Origin: Candidatus Omnitrophota bacterium
GTDB taxonomy: Bacteria; Omnitrophota; Gorgyraeia; Zapsychrales; JAKLDJ01
Reading direction: 5' to 3'
Length of the DNA stretch: 64,000 bases
NCBI GenBank assembly: GCA_022703585.1
Contig: JAKLDJ010000003.1
Coordinates: 14,250-78,249 of the forward strand
This document shows positions 56,655 to 64,000 of this stretch, one piece after another (the stretch's first letter is position 1; every line of letters starts with the position of its first letter). Below the pieces are notes generated by a model. The model did no database searches. It was not told the origin of the DNA and saw nothing but the letters and a program-made list of their open reading frames with translations. Both the position numbers and the translations under genes were made by a program.

Positions 56655-57602
56655 CTATTTTTGTTCGTATTTCTTTCGCACGCTGAATAACGGCCTTTGC
56701 TTGACTTCGATATATAACCTGCCGATGTATTCTCCGATTAACCCCAAAACCAAAAGCTGAAAACCGCTGAATGCCAGAATGGGCAGCATGGTTGAGGCCC
56801 AGCCGGGAATAACGTTCGTTGAAAATTTGATGTAAAGGACCCAAAAAATCCCTGCCAGTGCCGCGGCGCACATAAATAATCCCAAAAAGGCTGCCAGCCT
56901 TAAAGGGACATAACTAAAAGAAGTGATTCCGTCCAGCGATAAAGAGAATAGAGAGCCGATATTGAATTTTGACCGGCCGGCCTTACGGGGTTGACGGTCA
57001 TAATAGACGTGCGCATGGCGCGACTCGAGCTTTAAAATCATCGCCCGGATAAACCGGTTTCTTTCGGATAGTTCATTAAATTCATTGACCAGCGATCTTG
57101 CCATCAGCCGAAAATCACCGTGATTGTAGACGACTTCTACTCCTAAGAGTTTCAGCAGCCGGTAGTAATTCTCAGAAAAAAACCTCTTTAAGAAAGAATC
57201 TGCCGAGCGGTTCTTGCGGATTCCTAAAACGAGGTCATACTCCTGCTCGTAGAACGAGATCATTTCCCCGATCTTCTCCGGCGGGTCCTGAAGGTCGGCA
57301 TCGATCGTAATAACGGCATCACCTTTTGAATGAAAAAGCCCGGCTGAAATCGACCCCTGATATCCGAAATCACGGCGCAGGGAAATAATGTTCATGTGCC
57401 TGTCAGATTCAAAAATGCCTTCAAGAACCTTCAGGGTTTTATCCGTAGAACCGTTATCGACATAGACGAGTTCGTAATCCGCGCATTTTTTATTGGCGAT
57501 TAACTCTCCTAAGATATCGGTCAGCCTTTTATGGGTCTGCGGCAAAGCCTCTTGTTCGTTGTGGCAGGGGATAACGATGGAAAGTAATTTAATATTTCTC
57601 AC
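56655..57602 (-). CDS. GT2 polyprenyl-phosphate glycosyltransferase with C-terminal TM helices (GtrB/ArnC-like)
   Basis: LSIVIPCHNEQEAL...VYVDNGSTDKT, and two C-terminal TM segments. Confidence 0.8.
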   Translation of the reverse strand: MRNIKLLSIVIPCHNEQEALPQTHKRLTDILGELIANKKCADYELVYVDNGSTDKTLKVLEGIFESDRHMNIISLRRDFGYQGSISAGLFHSKGDAVITIDADLQDPPEKIGEMISFYEQEYDLVLGIRKNRSADSFLKRFFSENYYRLLKLLGVEVVYNHGDFRLMARSLVNEFNELSERNRFIRAMILKLESRHAHVYYDRQPRKAGRSKFNIGSLFSLSLDGITSFSYVPLRLAAFLGLFMCAAALAGIFWVLYIKFSTNVIPGWASTMLPILAFSGFQLLVLGLIGEYIGRLYIEVKQRPLFSVRKKYEQK

Positions 57603-57635
57603 CTAAGACACTCCTTTTTTAAATAGCGTATCATT

Positions 57636-58955
57636 TTACCGGCTGTATTTACCGACAAATGTGTTGATTGTTTTGACCACATATTTGATCATCGGCGGGG
57701 TGATGCCCGGATATACACCGATCCAAAAGGATTGGTTCATGACTGTATCCGTATTTTTTAAATCCCCGACGATTCTAAAATCGATGTTTTTATAGGCCGG
57801 CTGTTTGGTCAGGTTGCCGCCGAATAAAAGGCGCGTGGCAATTTTGTGTTCTTCGAGATAGTGCACTAAATCATTCCGGGAAAAAGGAACTTTAGGGCGG
57901 ATGGTTATAAGAAATCCGAACCAGCTGGGCTCGCTATTGTCCGCAGGCTGAGGCAGGATAAGAAAATCTTCTAAAGGCACAAGGCCGGAGCGCAATAATT
58001 CCCAGTTGCGTTGGCGTATTTTGATAAAACGTTTTAATTTCTTAAGCTGGGCCAATCCGACGGCTGCCTGCATATCCGTTATTTTAAAATTATAACCGAC
58101 ATGGGAATAGACGTATTTATGGTCATAGCCGTAGGGGAGGCTGCCCAGCTGCCACTCAAATCTTTTCCTACAGGTATTATCTCTGCCGGTATCGCACCAG
58201 CAATCGCGTCCCCAGTCTCGAAACGAGCAGACGATTTTCTTTAATTTCGGATTATTGGTGAGGACGCATCCGCCTTCGCCCATGGTGATGTGATGAGCCG
58301 GATAGAAGCTTAAAGCCGCCAGGTCGCCAAAGGTACCGGTCCATTGCCCCCGGTGGATGGAACCTAAGGCGTCGCAATTGTCTTCAATCAGCCAAAGGTT
58401 ATTCTCGTGTGCTATTTTGACAATTTCTTCGACGGCAAAAGGATTTCCCAGCGTGTGCGCTAAAATAATGGCTTTTGTTCTTGAGCTTAAAGCGCTTTTA
58501 ATAAGGTTGGGGTCGGCATTGTAGGTTTTCGGCTCGATGTCAACAAAGACCGGCTTTAGCTTATTCTGAATAATAGGGTTGACTGTCGTGGGGAATCCCG
58601 CGGCGGTTGTAATCACTTCGTCTCCGGCTTTAAGGCTGCGCCCTTCCAATAAAGGCGATGTCAGGGCAGAAACTGCCAGCAGATTCGCGGACGAGCCGGA
58701 ATTGCAAAGCGCGGAAAACTTTATTCCCATCAATCGGCTGATTTCTTTCTCAAAACTTTCAGCGTAACGGCCGGTTGTTAACCAGAAATCCAGTGAGGCA
58801 TCGACCAAGTTTGTTAATTCCTCGGCGTCAAAAAATCTGCCTCCAACCGGTATGGGTGTTACCCCGGGGATAAAAGCAGGAGGATTAAATTCTGCAGCGT
58901 AGAATTCTTTTACTTTCCCCAGAATAGATTCTCTTAATTCTTTACTTTTAGCCAT
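57636..58955 (-). CDS. ddhC: CDP-6-deoxy-D-xylo-4-hexulose-3-dehydrase (E1; RfbH/DdhC-like PMP-dependent DegT-fold enzyme)
   Basis: Long-form (439 aa) N-terminus [17 protein letters not shown]...[18 protein letters not shown] matches the RfbH family, not the short DegT aminotransferases. Confidence 0.7.
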   Translation of the reverse strand: MAKSKELRESILGKVKEFYAAEFNPPAFIPGVTPIPVGGRFFDAEELTNLVDASLDFWLTTGRYAESFEKEISRLMGIKFSALCNSGSSANLLAVSALTSPLLEGRSLKAGDEVITTAAGFPTTVNPIIQNKLKPVFVDIEPKTYNADPNLIKSALSSRTKAIILAHTLGNPFAVEEIVKIAHENNLWLIEDNCDALGSIHRGQWTGTFGDLAALSFYPAHHITMGEGGCVLTNNPKLKKIVCSFRDWGRDCWCDTGRDNTCRKRFEWQLGSLPYGYDHKYVYSHVGYNFKITDMQAAVGLAQLKKLKRFIKIRQRNWELLRSGLVPLEDFLILPQPADNSEPSWFGFLITIRPKVPFSRNDLVHYLEEHKIATRLLFGGNLTKQPAYKNIDFRIVGDLKNTDTVMNQSFWIGVYPGITPPMIKYVVKTINTFVGKYSR

Positions 58956-58961
58956 GATTTT

Positions 58962-59948
58962 TTACTTTTCCGTGTAAGCCGGATATTTTATGCGGTTTTC
59001 CTTAAACCAGGAAATAGTTTTCTCTAAGCCGTCCCGCAGGATTGTTTGGGCGCTCCAGCCTAATTTATTTTTTGCTTTTGAAGGGTCGCCCGATTGCATC
59101 CATAACTCGGAGGCGCGGTACGGCAGTGCCCCGAATAAAGGACGGGCGCGGCTGCCGGTCAATTCGATAATTGTGGCTACGACTTCTTTGATGGATACGG
59201 CTTGGCCGGTGGTTAAATTAAACGTCTCTCCCTCGATGCCGGGGAAGGCGGCAGCCGCGCAAAATCCTTCCGCAACATCTCCAATAAAAACAAAATCTCT
59301 TTTTTGCTCTCCGCCGGTCAGTTTTATATCTTTACCGCCGATAATGCTGTTGATGACATGAGGGACCAGGCGGTAAGATGCCTCAAAGGGACCGTAGGCA
59401 GTAAAGGGGCGCAGGGTAACGACGGGTAAATTGTACTTTTGGTGGAAGGTATTGACCAGTATCCACGCCGATGCCTTGGATGCGCCGTATTCCGAGCTAG
59501 GGTTGGGTGGAGTATTTTCGGCGAGAAGGTTTCCCTGGCCGTACTCGAAACAGGAGCCGCAATAAATAAAGCGCTCACTCTTTAACATCTGCGCCAGGCG
59601 CAGCATCGCCAGCGTGCCCATGATATTGGTCTGTATCATGGCAGGGGCATCTTGCTTGTTCTGGTCGACGCCCGCGGCCCCCAGATGGAAAATAATTTGG
59701 GTGCCTGATAATGACGGTTGGATTTTTTCGGGGTCAAGGTCGTTTAAATCGGCGTTGATGATTTCGATTTTACTGAGGATATCCTGTATCCTCCAAAAGT
59801 CGGAGGAATGTCGCGCAAGAATAGTGACACGGCAACCGCTATCAACCAGTTTCCGGGCAAGATGTGAGCCGATAAAGCCAGTGGCGCCCGTTAGTAAGAC
59901 TTTCTTGCCGTGCAGAGAGTTATTGTTTTTTTGATAGGAAGTCATCAT
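58962..59948 (-). CDS. NAD-dependent epimerase/dehydratase (candidate CDP-3,6-dideoxyhexose synthase/epimerase)
   Basis: KKVLLTGATGFIGSHL, YGASKASAE-like YxxxK. Embedded between ddhB and ddhC. Confidence 0.65.
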   Translation of the reverse strand: MMTSYQKNNNSLHGKKVLLTGATGFIGSHLARKLVDSGCRVTILARHSSDFWRIQDILSKIEIINADLNDLDPEKIQPSLSGTQIIFHLGAAGVDQNKQDAPAMIQTNIMGTLAMLRLAQMLKSERFIYCGSCFEYGQGNLLAENTPPNPSSEYGASKASAWILVNTFHQKYNLPVVTLRPFTAYGPFEASYRLVPHVINSIIGGKDIKLTGGEQKRDFVFIGDVAEGFCAAAAFPGIEGETFNLTTGQAVSIKEVVATIIELTGSRARPLFGALPYRASELWMQSGDPSKAKNKLGWSAQTILRDGLEKTISWFKENRIKYPAYTEK

Positions 59949-60945
59949 ACCAGCGGATGGTTTCGGTTAGACCGCTTTTTAAGCCAAATTGAGGTTTCCA
60001 GTGCACCATTTTTCTTATCTTTGCCGAAGAAAGATGCTGCGAATGGATTTCTCCTTTTGCGCAATTGATTATTTTTGGTTTTATACGGGAGCAACCCATT
60101 AGTTTTTGAATGATTTTAACCAGCTGCATGACGGTCAGCGGTGATTCGTTGCTAATATTAAAGGCTTCGCCCCAAAGTTTTTTATTCTTTAGGTTTTGCG
60201 CAAGGTAGATATAAGCCCGGCAGACGTCTTTCACATAAATGTAATCGCGTATGTAGCTTCCGTCGCTGCGAATTATGGGGCGTTCATTTTCTAAAAGAGA
60301 GCGGATGGTGGCAGGGACGATACGGCTCCAGTTTAAATCCCCTCCGCCGTAAATGTTGCCGCAGCGGACAATCACGACCGGCAGATCGTAGGTGTGATAA
60401 TAAGACTGGGCCAGAAGATCGGCGCAGCTTTTGGAAACCTCATAAGGATAGCGTCCGCGCAAAGGCATATTTTCCTTGTAGGGCAATCGGGGTTGTTCAC
60501 CGTAGGCCTTGTCGCTGGAAGCGATGATAATTTGTCGCACGGAATTTTTATAAATACGGCACGCCTCCAAAAGATTATAGGTGCCGCGGATATTGGATTC
60601 AAACGTTGCCAGGGGAGAATGGTAGGCGGTATCGACAATGGCCTGGGCGGCCAAATGAAAAACTGTGTCAATCTTATGCCGGCTAAGAATGCGTTTAAGC
60701 AAGCCAAAATCTTCCAGCTTGCCGTAAATGGCCGTCACGCGTTTGACGTCACCGCTTCGGTAAAATTCGGATTTTGGCTCGATGTCCCGAATAAGAACGA
60801 CGACCTTTGCCGATAGGGCGAGCAGGTCTTTGACCAGCCAGGAACCGACGATTCCTGTCGGGCCCGTGACCAGGACTTTTCGATTTTTCCAGAATTTCTT
60901 ATTTAGTTTTTCCAGATTTTCCAAGGGGCATGTCCTTCTTTCCAA
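59920..60945 (-). CDS. ddhB: CDP-glucose 4,6-dehydratase
   Basis: FWKNRKVLVTGPTGIVGSWL N-terminus typical of RfbG, YEVSKSCAD (YxxxK). Confidence 0.75.
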   Translation of the reverse strand: MERRTCPLENLEKLNKKFWKNRKVLVTGPTGIVGSWLVKDLLALSAKVVVLIRDIEPKSEFYRSGDVKRVTAIYGKLEDFGLLKRILSRHKIDTVFHLAAQAIVDTAYHSPLATFESNIRGTYNLLEACRIYKNSVRQIIIASSDKAYGEQPRLPYKENMPLRGRYPYEVSKSCADLLAQSYYHTYDLPVVIVRCGNIYGGGDLNWSRIVPATIRSLLENERPIIRSDGSYIRDYIYVKDVCRAYIYLAQNLKNKKLWGEAFNISNESPLTVMQLVKIIQKLMGCSRIKPKIINCAKGEIHSQHLSSAKIRKMVHWKPQFGLKSGLTETIRWYDDFLSKKQ

Positions 60946-61613
60946 AGGGCTTCCAGTGAGCGCAAATCCCTTAAGGTGTCAACGCATTGCCAGAAATCAG
61001 GGTGGCGGTAAGCCGCCAGTTGTTTCTCTTGGGCTAATTGTTCCAAGGGTTGCCGCTCAAACATGATTTTATCGTTTTCAATGTATTCTAAGGTCTTCGG
61101 TTCCAAGACAAAAAAACCTCCGTTAATCCAGCCTTCGCCGATTTGAGGTTTTTCGGTAAAGCGGCTAACAAGGTCTCCTTCGAATTCGAGGCCGCCAAAG
61201 CGTGCCGGAGGCCGGACCGCGGTAACGGTAGCCAGTTTTTTATTTTTGCGGTGAAATGAAATCAGGCTGTTGATATCGATATTCGCGACACCGTCGCCGT
61301 AGGTCATAAGAAAAGGTTCGTTTTTGATGAAGGGGGCGAGTTTCTTAAGGCGGCCGCCGGTTCCGGTTTTTGGGCCGGTGTCGACACAATGAATACTCCA
61401 GCCGTTTGCTGGCGGGTTCAGGAAATAGTTCTTGATGATCTCGCCCTTGTAGCCTAGCGCGATAATGAATTCTTTATGGCCGGCGGCCGCATAGATATTC
61501 ATGATGTGCCAGAGAATAGGCCGGTTGCCGACTTCTACCATTGGTTTGGGCTTAATATCTGTTTCTTCGGCGAGCCGCGTTCCTTGTCCGCCTGCCAAAA
61601 TGACTACTTTCAT
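60903..61613 (-). CDS. ddhA: Glucose-1-phosphate cytidylyltransferase
   Basis: MKVVILAGGQGTRLAEETDIKPKPMVEVGNRPILWHIMNIY, an RfbF signature. Confidence 0.8.
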   Translation of the reverse strand: MKVVILAGGQGTRLAEETDIKPKPMVEVGNRPILWHIMNIYAAAGHKEFIIALGYKGEIIKNYFLNPPANGWSIHCVDTGPKTGTGGRLKKLAPFIKNEPFLMTYGDGVANIDINSLISFHRKNKKLATVTAVRPPARFGGLEFEGDLVSRFTEKPQIGEGWINGGFFVLEPKTLEYIENDKIMFERQPLEQLAQEKQLAAYRHPDFWQCVDTLRDLRSLEALWKEGHAPWKIWKN

Positions 61614-62065
61614 AGGGCTATTCGTTTTTCTTATTTTTGTAGAGCGGCATGAGAGAGTTAAATTTTGTAAAGTAATCTCACCTTGCCTTTAGATGGTGAG
61701 TATTATAACACGCCGTCATTCTTATGGTTAAAAGAAAGTTAAAACGTTACATCAGGGGCTGCAGTTTCTTTTTATGGCGCCGGCGTCAAGCCGTTAACGA
61801 TCTTGCCGGGCCTCAGGGTGTTTTGACTGATTAAATGTTTTCCGGCCTGTGCAGGTGCGGTGCCTTATTCTTGGGGATCTTTTATCAAGTGTTCTTCAAA
61901 GGAAAGGAAGGAAGAAGCTGTTTAGGCTGGTACCTTCGATTTGTCAGCAAAATAGGCTAAAAACGTATCATTTCTTATTTTTCAGTTAGACGAAATACGG
62001 AGAAAATAATGTTTTTATTAAGCATCTAAGTAGATGTTTATCAATCATTTGCAGGCAATTAATGC

Positions 62066-62111
62066 TTGACAAAATCCGGACTTTCTCATAGTATGTTCAA
62101 TATTTGAACAT
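62066..62111 (+). promoter_or_regulatory. Sigma70 promoter (TTGACA-17-TAGTAT) overlapped by perfect palindrome ATGTTCAA-TAT-TTGAACAT (62092-62110)
   Basis: Read directly. The palindrome spans the -10/+1 region upstream of the wHTH regulator gene. Confidence 0.55.
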
Positions 62112-62156
62112 GGTTCTTTAGGCTAGGAATATCCATATAAACCCAATAATTTCCCC

Positions 62157-62696
62157 ATGCTTGACGAACGAGAATTTGAATTGATTAATATCGTCGGGGC
62201 CGAGATTGCCTCCAGCCAGCGCGACCTATCCCGTCGTCTAAACCTTTCCCTGGGAATGACCAATATGCTCCTCCGGCGGCTTATTGCCAAAGGATATATA
62301 CGCATCCGTCAGTTAAACCAGAAAAAGATTGACTACATCCTTACCCCCGAAGGCTTTAAAGAAAAAATGCGTAAATCCGTAAAGTACACCCTTAAGACAA
62401 TTAACTCCATTGGCCTTATCAAAGAGCGGTTTAAGGCTTTATTAAAAGAGCTGTATGAAAAAGGGGAGCGTAAATTTCTTATTCTTGGTGAATCGGATTT
62501 AGCTTCCTTGATTGAAGTGGCTGTGCGTGAACTTTCCCTCAAGGATTGCCATGTCGAGCGGATTAAAGATCTGCCGAGTAATGGCGCAGACGGAACTATT
62601 CTTGTCTGCCAAGAGGATGTTTTTGACAAGATTCCTGCGCAGAAAAAAGTCGATTTGATTCATGAGCTGGCGAAGGGGCATAATTTTCTTAATTAA
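62157..62696 (+). CDS. Winged-helix (MarR-like) transcriptional regulator with uncharacterised C-terminal domain
   Basis: N-terminal wHTH (LINIVGAEIASSQRDLSRRLNLSLGMTNMLLRRLIAKGYI). Confidence 0.55.
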   Translation: MLDEREFELINIVGAEIASSQRDLSRRLNLSLGMTNMLLRRLIAKGYIRIRQLNQKKIDYILTPEGFKEKMRKSVKYTLKTINSIGLIKERFKALLKELYEKGERKFLILGESDLASLIEVAVRELSLKDCHVERIKDLPSNGADGTILVCQEDVFDKIPAQKKVDLIHELAKGHNFLN

Positions 62697-62722
62697 AGCG
62701 TTTAATTCGAAAGGATAACTCG

Positions 62723-63763
62723 ATGCTGAACAATAAAACAATTTTAATCACCGGCGGTACAGGATCACTCGGCAAAAAACTAGTCCAGATCATCCTGCAG
62801 GAATATAAACCGGCCAAATTGATCATCTTCAGCCGGGATGAACTAAAACAATTTGAGATGGCCCAGAAATGGGACCCGAACAAATACCCGTGTCTTCGCT
62901 ATATGATTGGAGATGTTCGGGACAGGGACAGGCTTAAAATGGCTTTTAACGGAGTGGATTACGTCATTCATGCGGCGGCGTTGAAACATGTGCCGAAGGG
63001 TGAGTACGACCCGGAAGAGTTTATCAAGACAAACGTTTTGGGAGCGATGAGTGTTATTGATGCCGCATTAGACGCGAATGTAAAGAAAATCGTTGCCCTA
63101 TCAACTGATAAAGCCTGTAACCCGATTAATTTATACGGGGCAACCAAGCTTTGTGCCGATAAATTATTTACCGCAGCCAATGTCTATTCGGGAGGCCGGG
63201 CCACTCGCTTTGCGGTTGTCCGCTACGGTAATGTCCTGGGCAGCCGGGGCTCCGTCATCCCATTCTTTAAAGAACGTGTTAAGACGGGTGTATTGCCGAT
63301 TACCGATGAGCGAATGACCAGATTCTGGATCACCCTGGGCCAGGCGGCTCATTTTGTTCTTGAGTCATTGTCAAAATCTAAAGGGGGAGAGATTTTTGTT
63401 CCGCGAATTCCCTCGATGAAAATCGTGGATTTGGCCAAGGCGATCGGTCCAACGTGCAAAATTAAAATAATCGGTGTTCGTCCGGGAGAGAAAATTCACG
63501 AAATATTGATCAGTGAAGACGAGGCGCGCAACGCGGTTCAGTTTAAGGAATGCTATATCGTTCAATCGAATTCAAAATTACAAAAAGACCTTTTAAAAGG
63601 CGGTCCTGGCCGCGGCCGTTTGTGCCCGGAAGGATTCAAATATACGTCCGAAACCAATTCAGACTGGCTGACGGTGAAAGAATTAACGCGCTTAGTCGAT
63701 CAGATTGCTGATGACTATACCATCGAGAAGTCCCGTTGGTCCATGAACGATGTACCTCAATAA
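62723..63763 (+). CDS. pseB: UDP-N-acetylglucosamine 4,6-dehydratase (inverting) PseB/FlaA1-like
   Basis: [48 protein letters not shown], all PseB hallmarks. Confidence 0.8.
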   Translation: MLNNKTILITGGTGSLGKKLVQIILQEYKPAKLIIFSRDELKQFEMAQKWDPNKYPCLRYMIGDVRDRDRLKMAFNGVDYVIHAAALKHVPKGEYDPEEFIKTNVLGAMSVIDAALDANVKKIVALSTDKACNPINLYGATKLCADKLFTAANVYSGGRATRFAVVRYGNVLGSRGSVIPFFKERVKTGVLPITDERMTRFWITLGQAAHFVLESLSKSKGGEIFVPRIPSMKIVDLAKAIGPTCKIKIIGVRPGEKIHEILISEDEARNAVQFKECYIVQSNSKLQKDLLKGGPGRGRLCPEGFKYTSETNSDWLTVKELTRLVDQIADDYTIEKSRWSMNDVPQ

Positions 63764-63768
63764 GAGCG

Positions 63769-64000
63769 ATGATGAAAAAAAATCTTCTTGTAACCGGCGT
63801 TAGCGGTTTACTGGGCAGCAATCTGGCGTATGTCTTAAAGGACAAATACCGTATTCTCGGGCTTTATCATGCGCATGAGGTCATGATTAAGGGCGTCCAG
63901 GCACAGAAGGCGGATATCTTATCACCGGATTCCGTTAGGAGCGCGTTGGTATCGTTTGATCCCGACGCCGTTATTCATTGTGCCGCGAATGCCGATGTGG
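63769..64000 (+). CDS. NAD(P)-dependent sugar oxidoreductase (RmlD-like), 5' partial at window end
   Basis: MMKKNLLVTGVSGLLGSNL Rossmann motif; truncated by the window edge. Confidence 0.5.
   Translation, partial: MMKKNLLVTGVSGLLGSNLAYVLKDKYRILGLYHAHEVMIKGVQAQKADILSPDSVRSALVSFDPDAVIHCAANADV

Overview
This 64-kb window is chromosomal DNA from a diderm bacterium (an LptD/OstA homolog is present), about 48% GC. I found no rRNA, tRNA, CRISPR array or transposase. The left 2.3 kb is the only clearly accessory part: a 24-nt motif (GAATTCCGGGGACAC[G/A]AT[G/A]CTTAA) occurs four times, once inverted, and bounds two small cassettes. One cassette is an orphan C-terminal fragment of an RHS/YD-repeat protein with its DPWGL motif and a variable tip, followed by a small membrane ORF. 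Next comes a structured non-coding stretch (three ~42-bp tandem repeats, inverted repeats, a GC hairpin), then a secreted GH5-like glycoside hydrolase with a C-terminal Hint/intein-like autoprocessing domain. A complete heat-shock locus follows: a MerR/HspR-like regulator with Hsp20, then hrcA-grpE-dnaK-dnaJ behind a sigma70 promoter and a recognisable CIRCE operator. Housekeeping genes follow (GT-C membrane glycosyltransferase with a Dpm1-like GT2, FmdB, VanZ, DUF1015, accD, a MalK-like ABC ATPase, two GAF-GGDEF cyclases, a ROK kinase, lptD). From about 23.1 to 48.8 kb a co-directional glycan-biosynthesis locus encodes UDP-glucose dehydrogenase plus UDP-glucuronate decarboxylase (UDP-xylose), a second nucleotide-sugar dehydrogenase plus an AsnB-type amidotransferase, a split TPP enzyme, a GDP-fucose-synthase-like reductase, a GDP-heptose set (GHMP kinase, HddC-like guanylyltransferase, GmhB), two DegT aminotransferases, two B12-binding radical SAM enzymes, two class I methyltransferases, and GT2/GT4/GT9/GT28 transferases. 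After priA (Walker A degenerate), fmt, two tandem GalT-like HIT paralogs and gap, a minus-strand block carries metF, GT2s and the CDP-3,6-dideoxyhexose genes ddhA/ddhB/ddhC. The window ends with a wHTH regulator, pseB and a partial reductase. A near-identical 38-bp GC-rich palindromic hairpin recurs at three sites as a terminator-like element.
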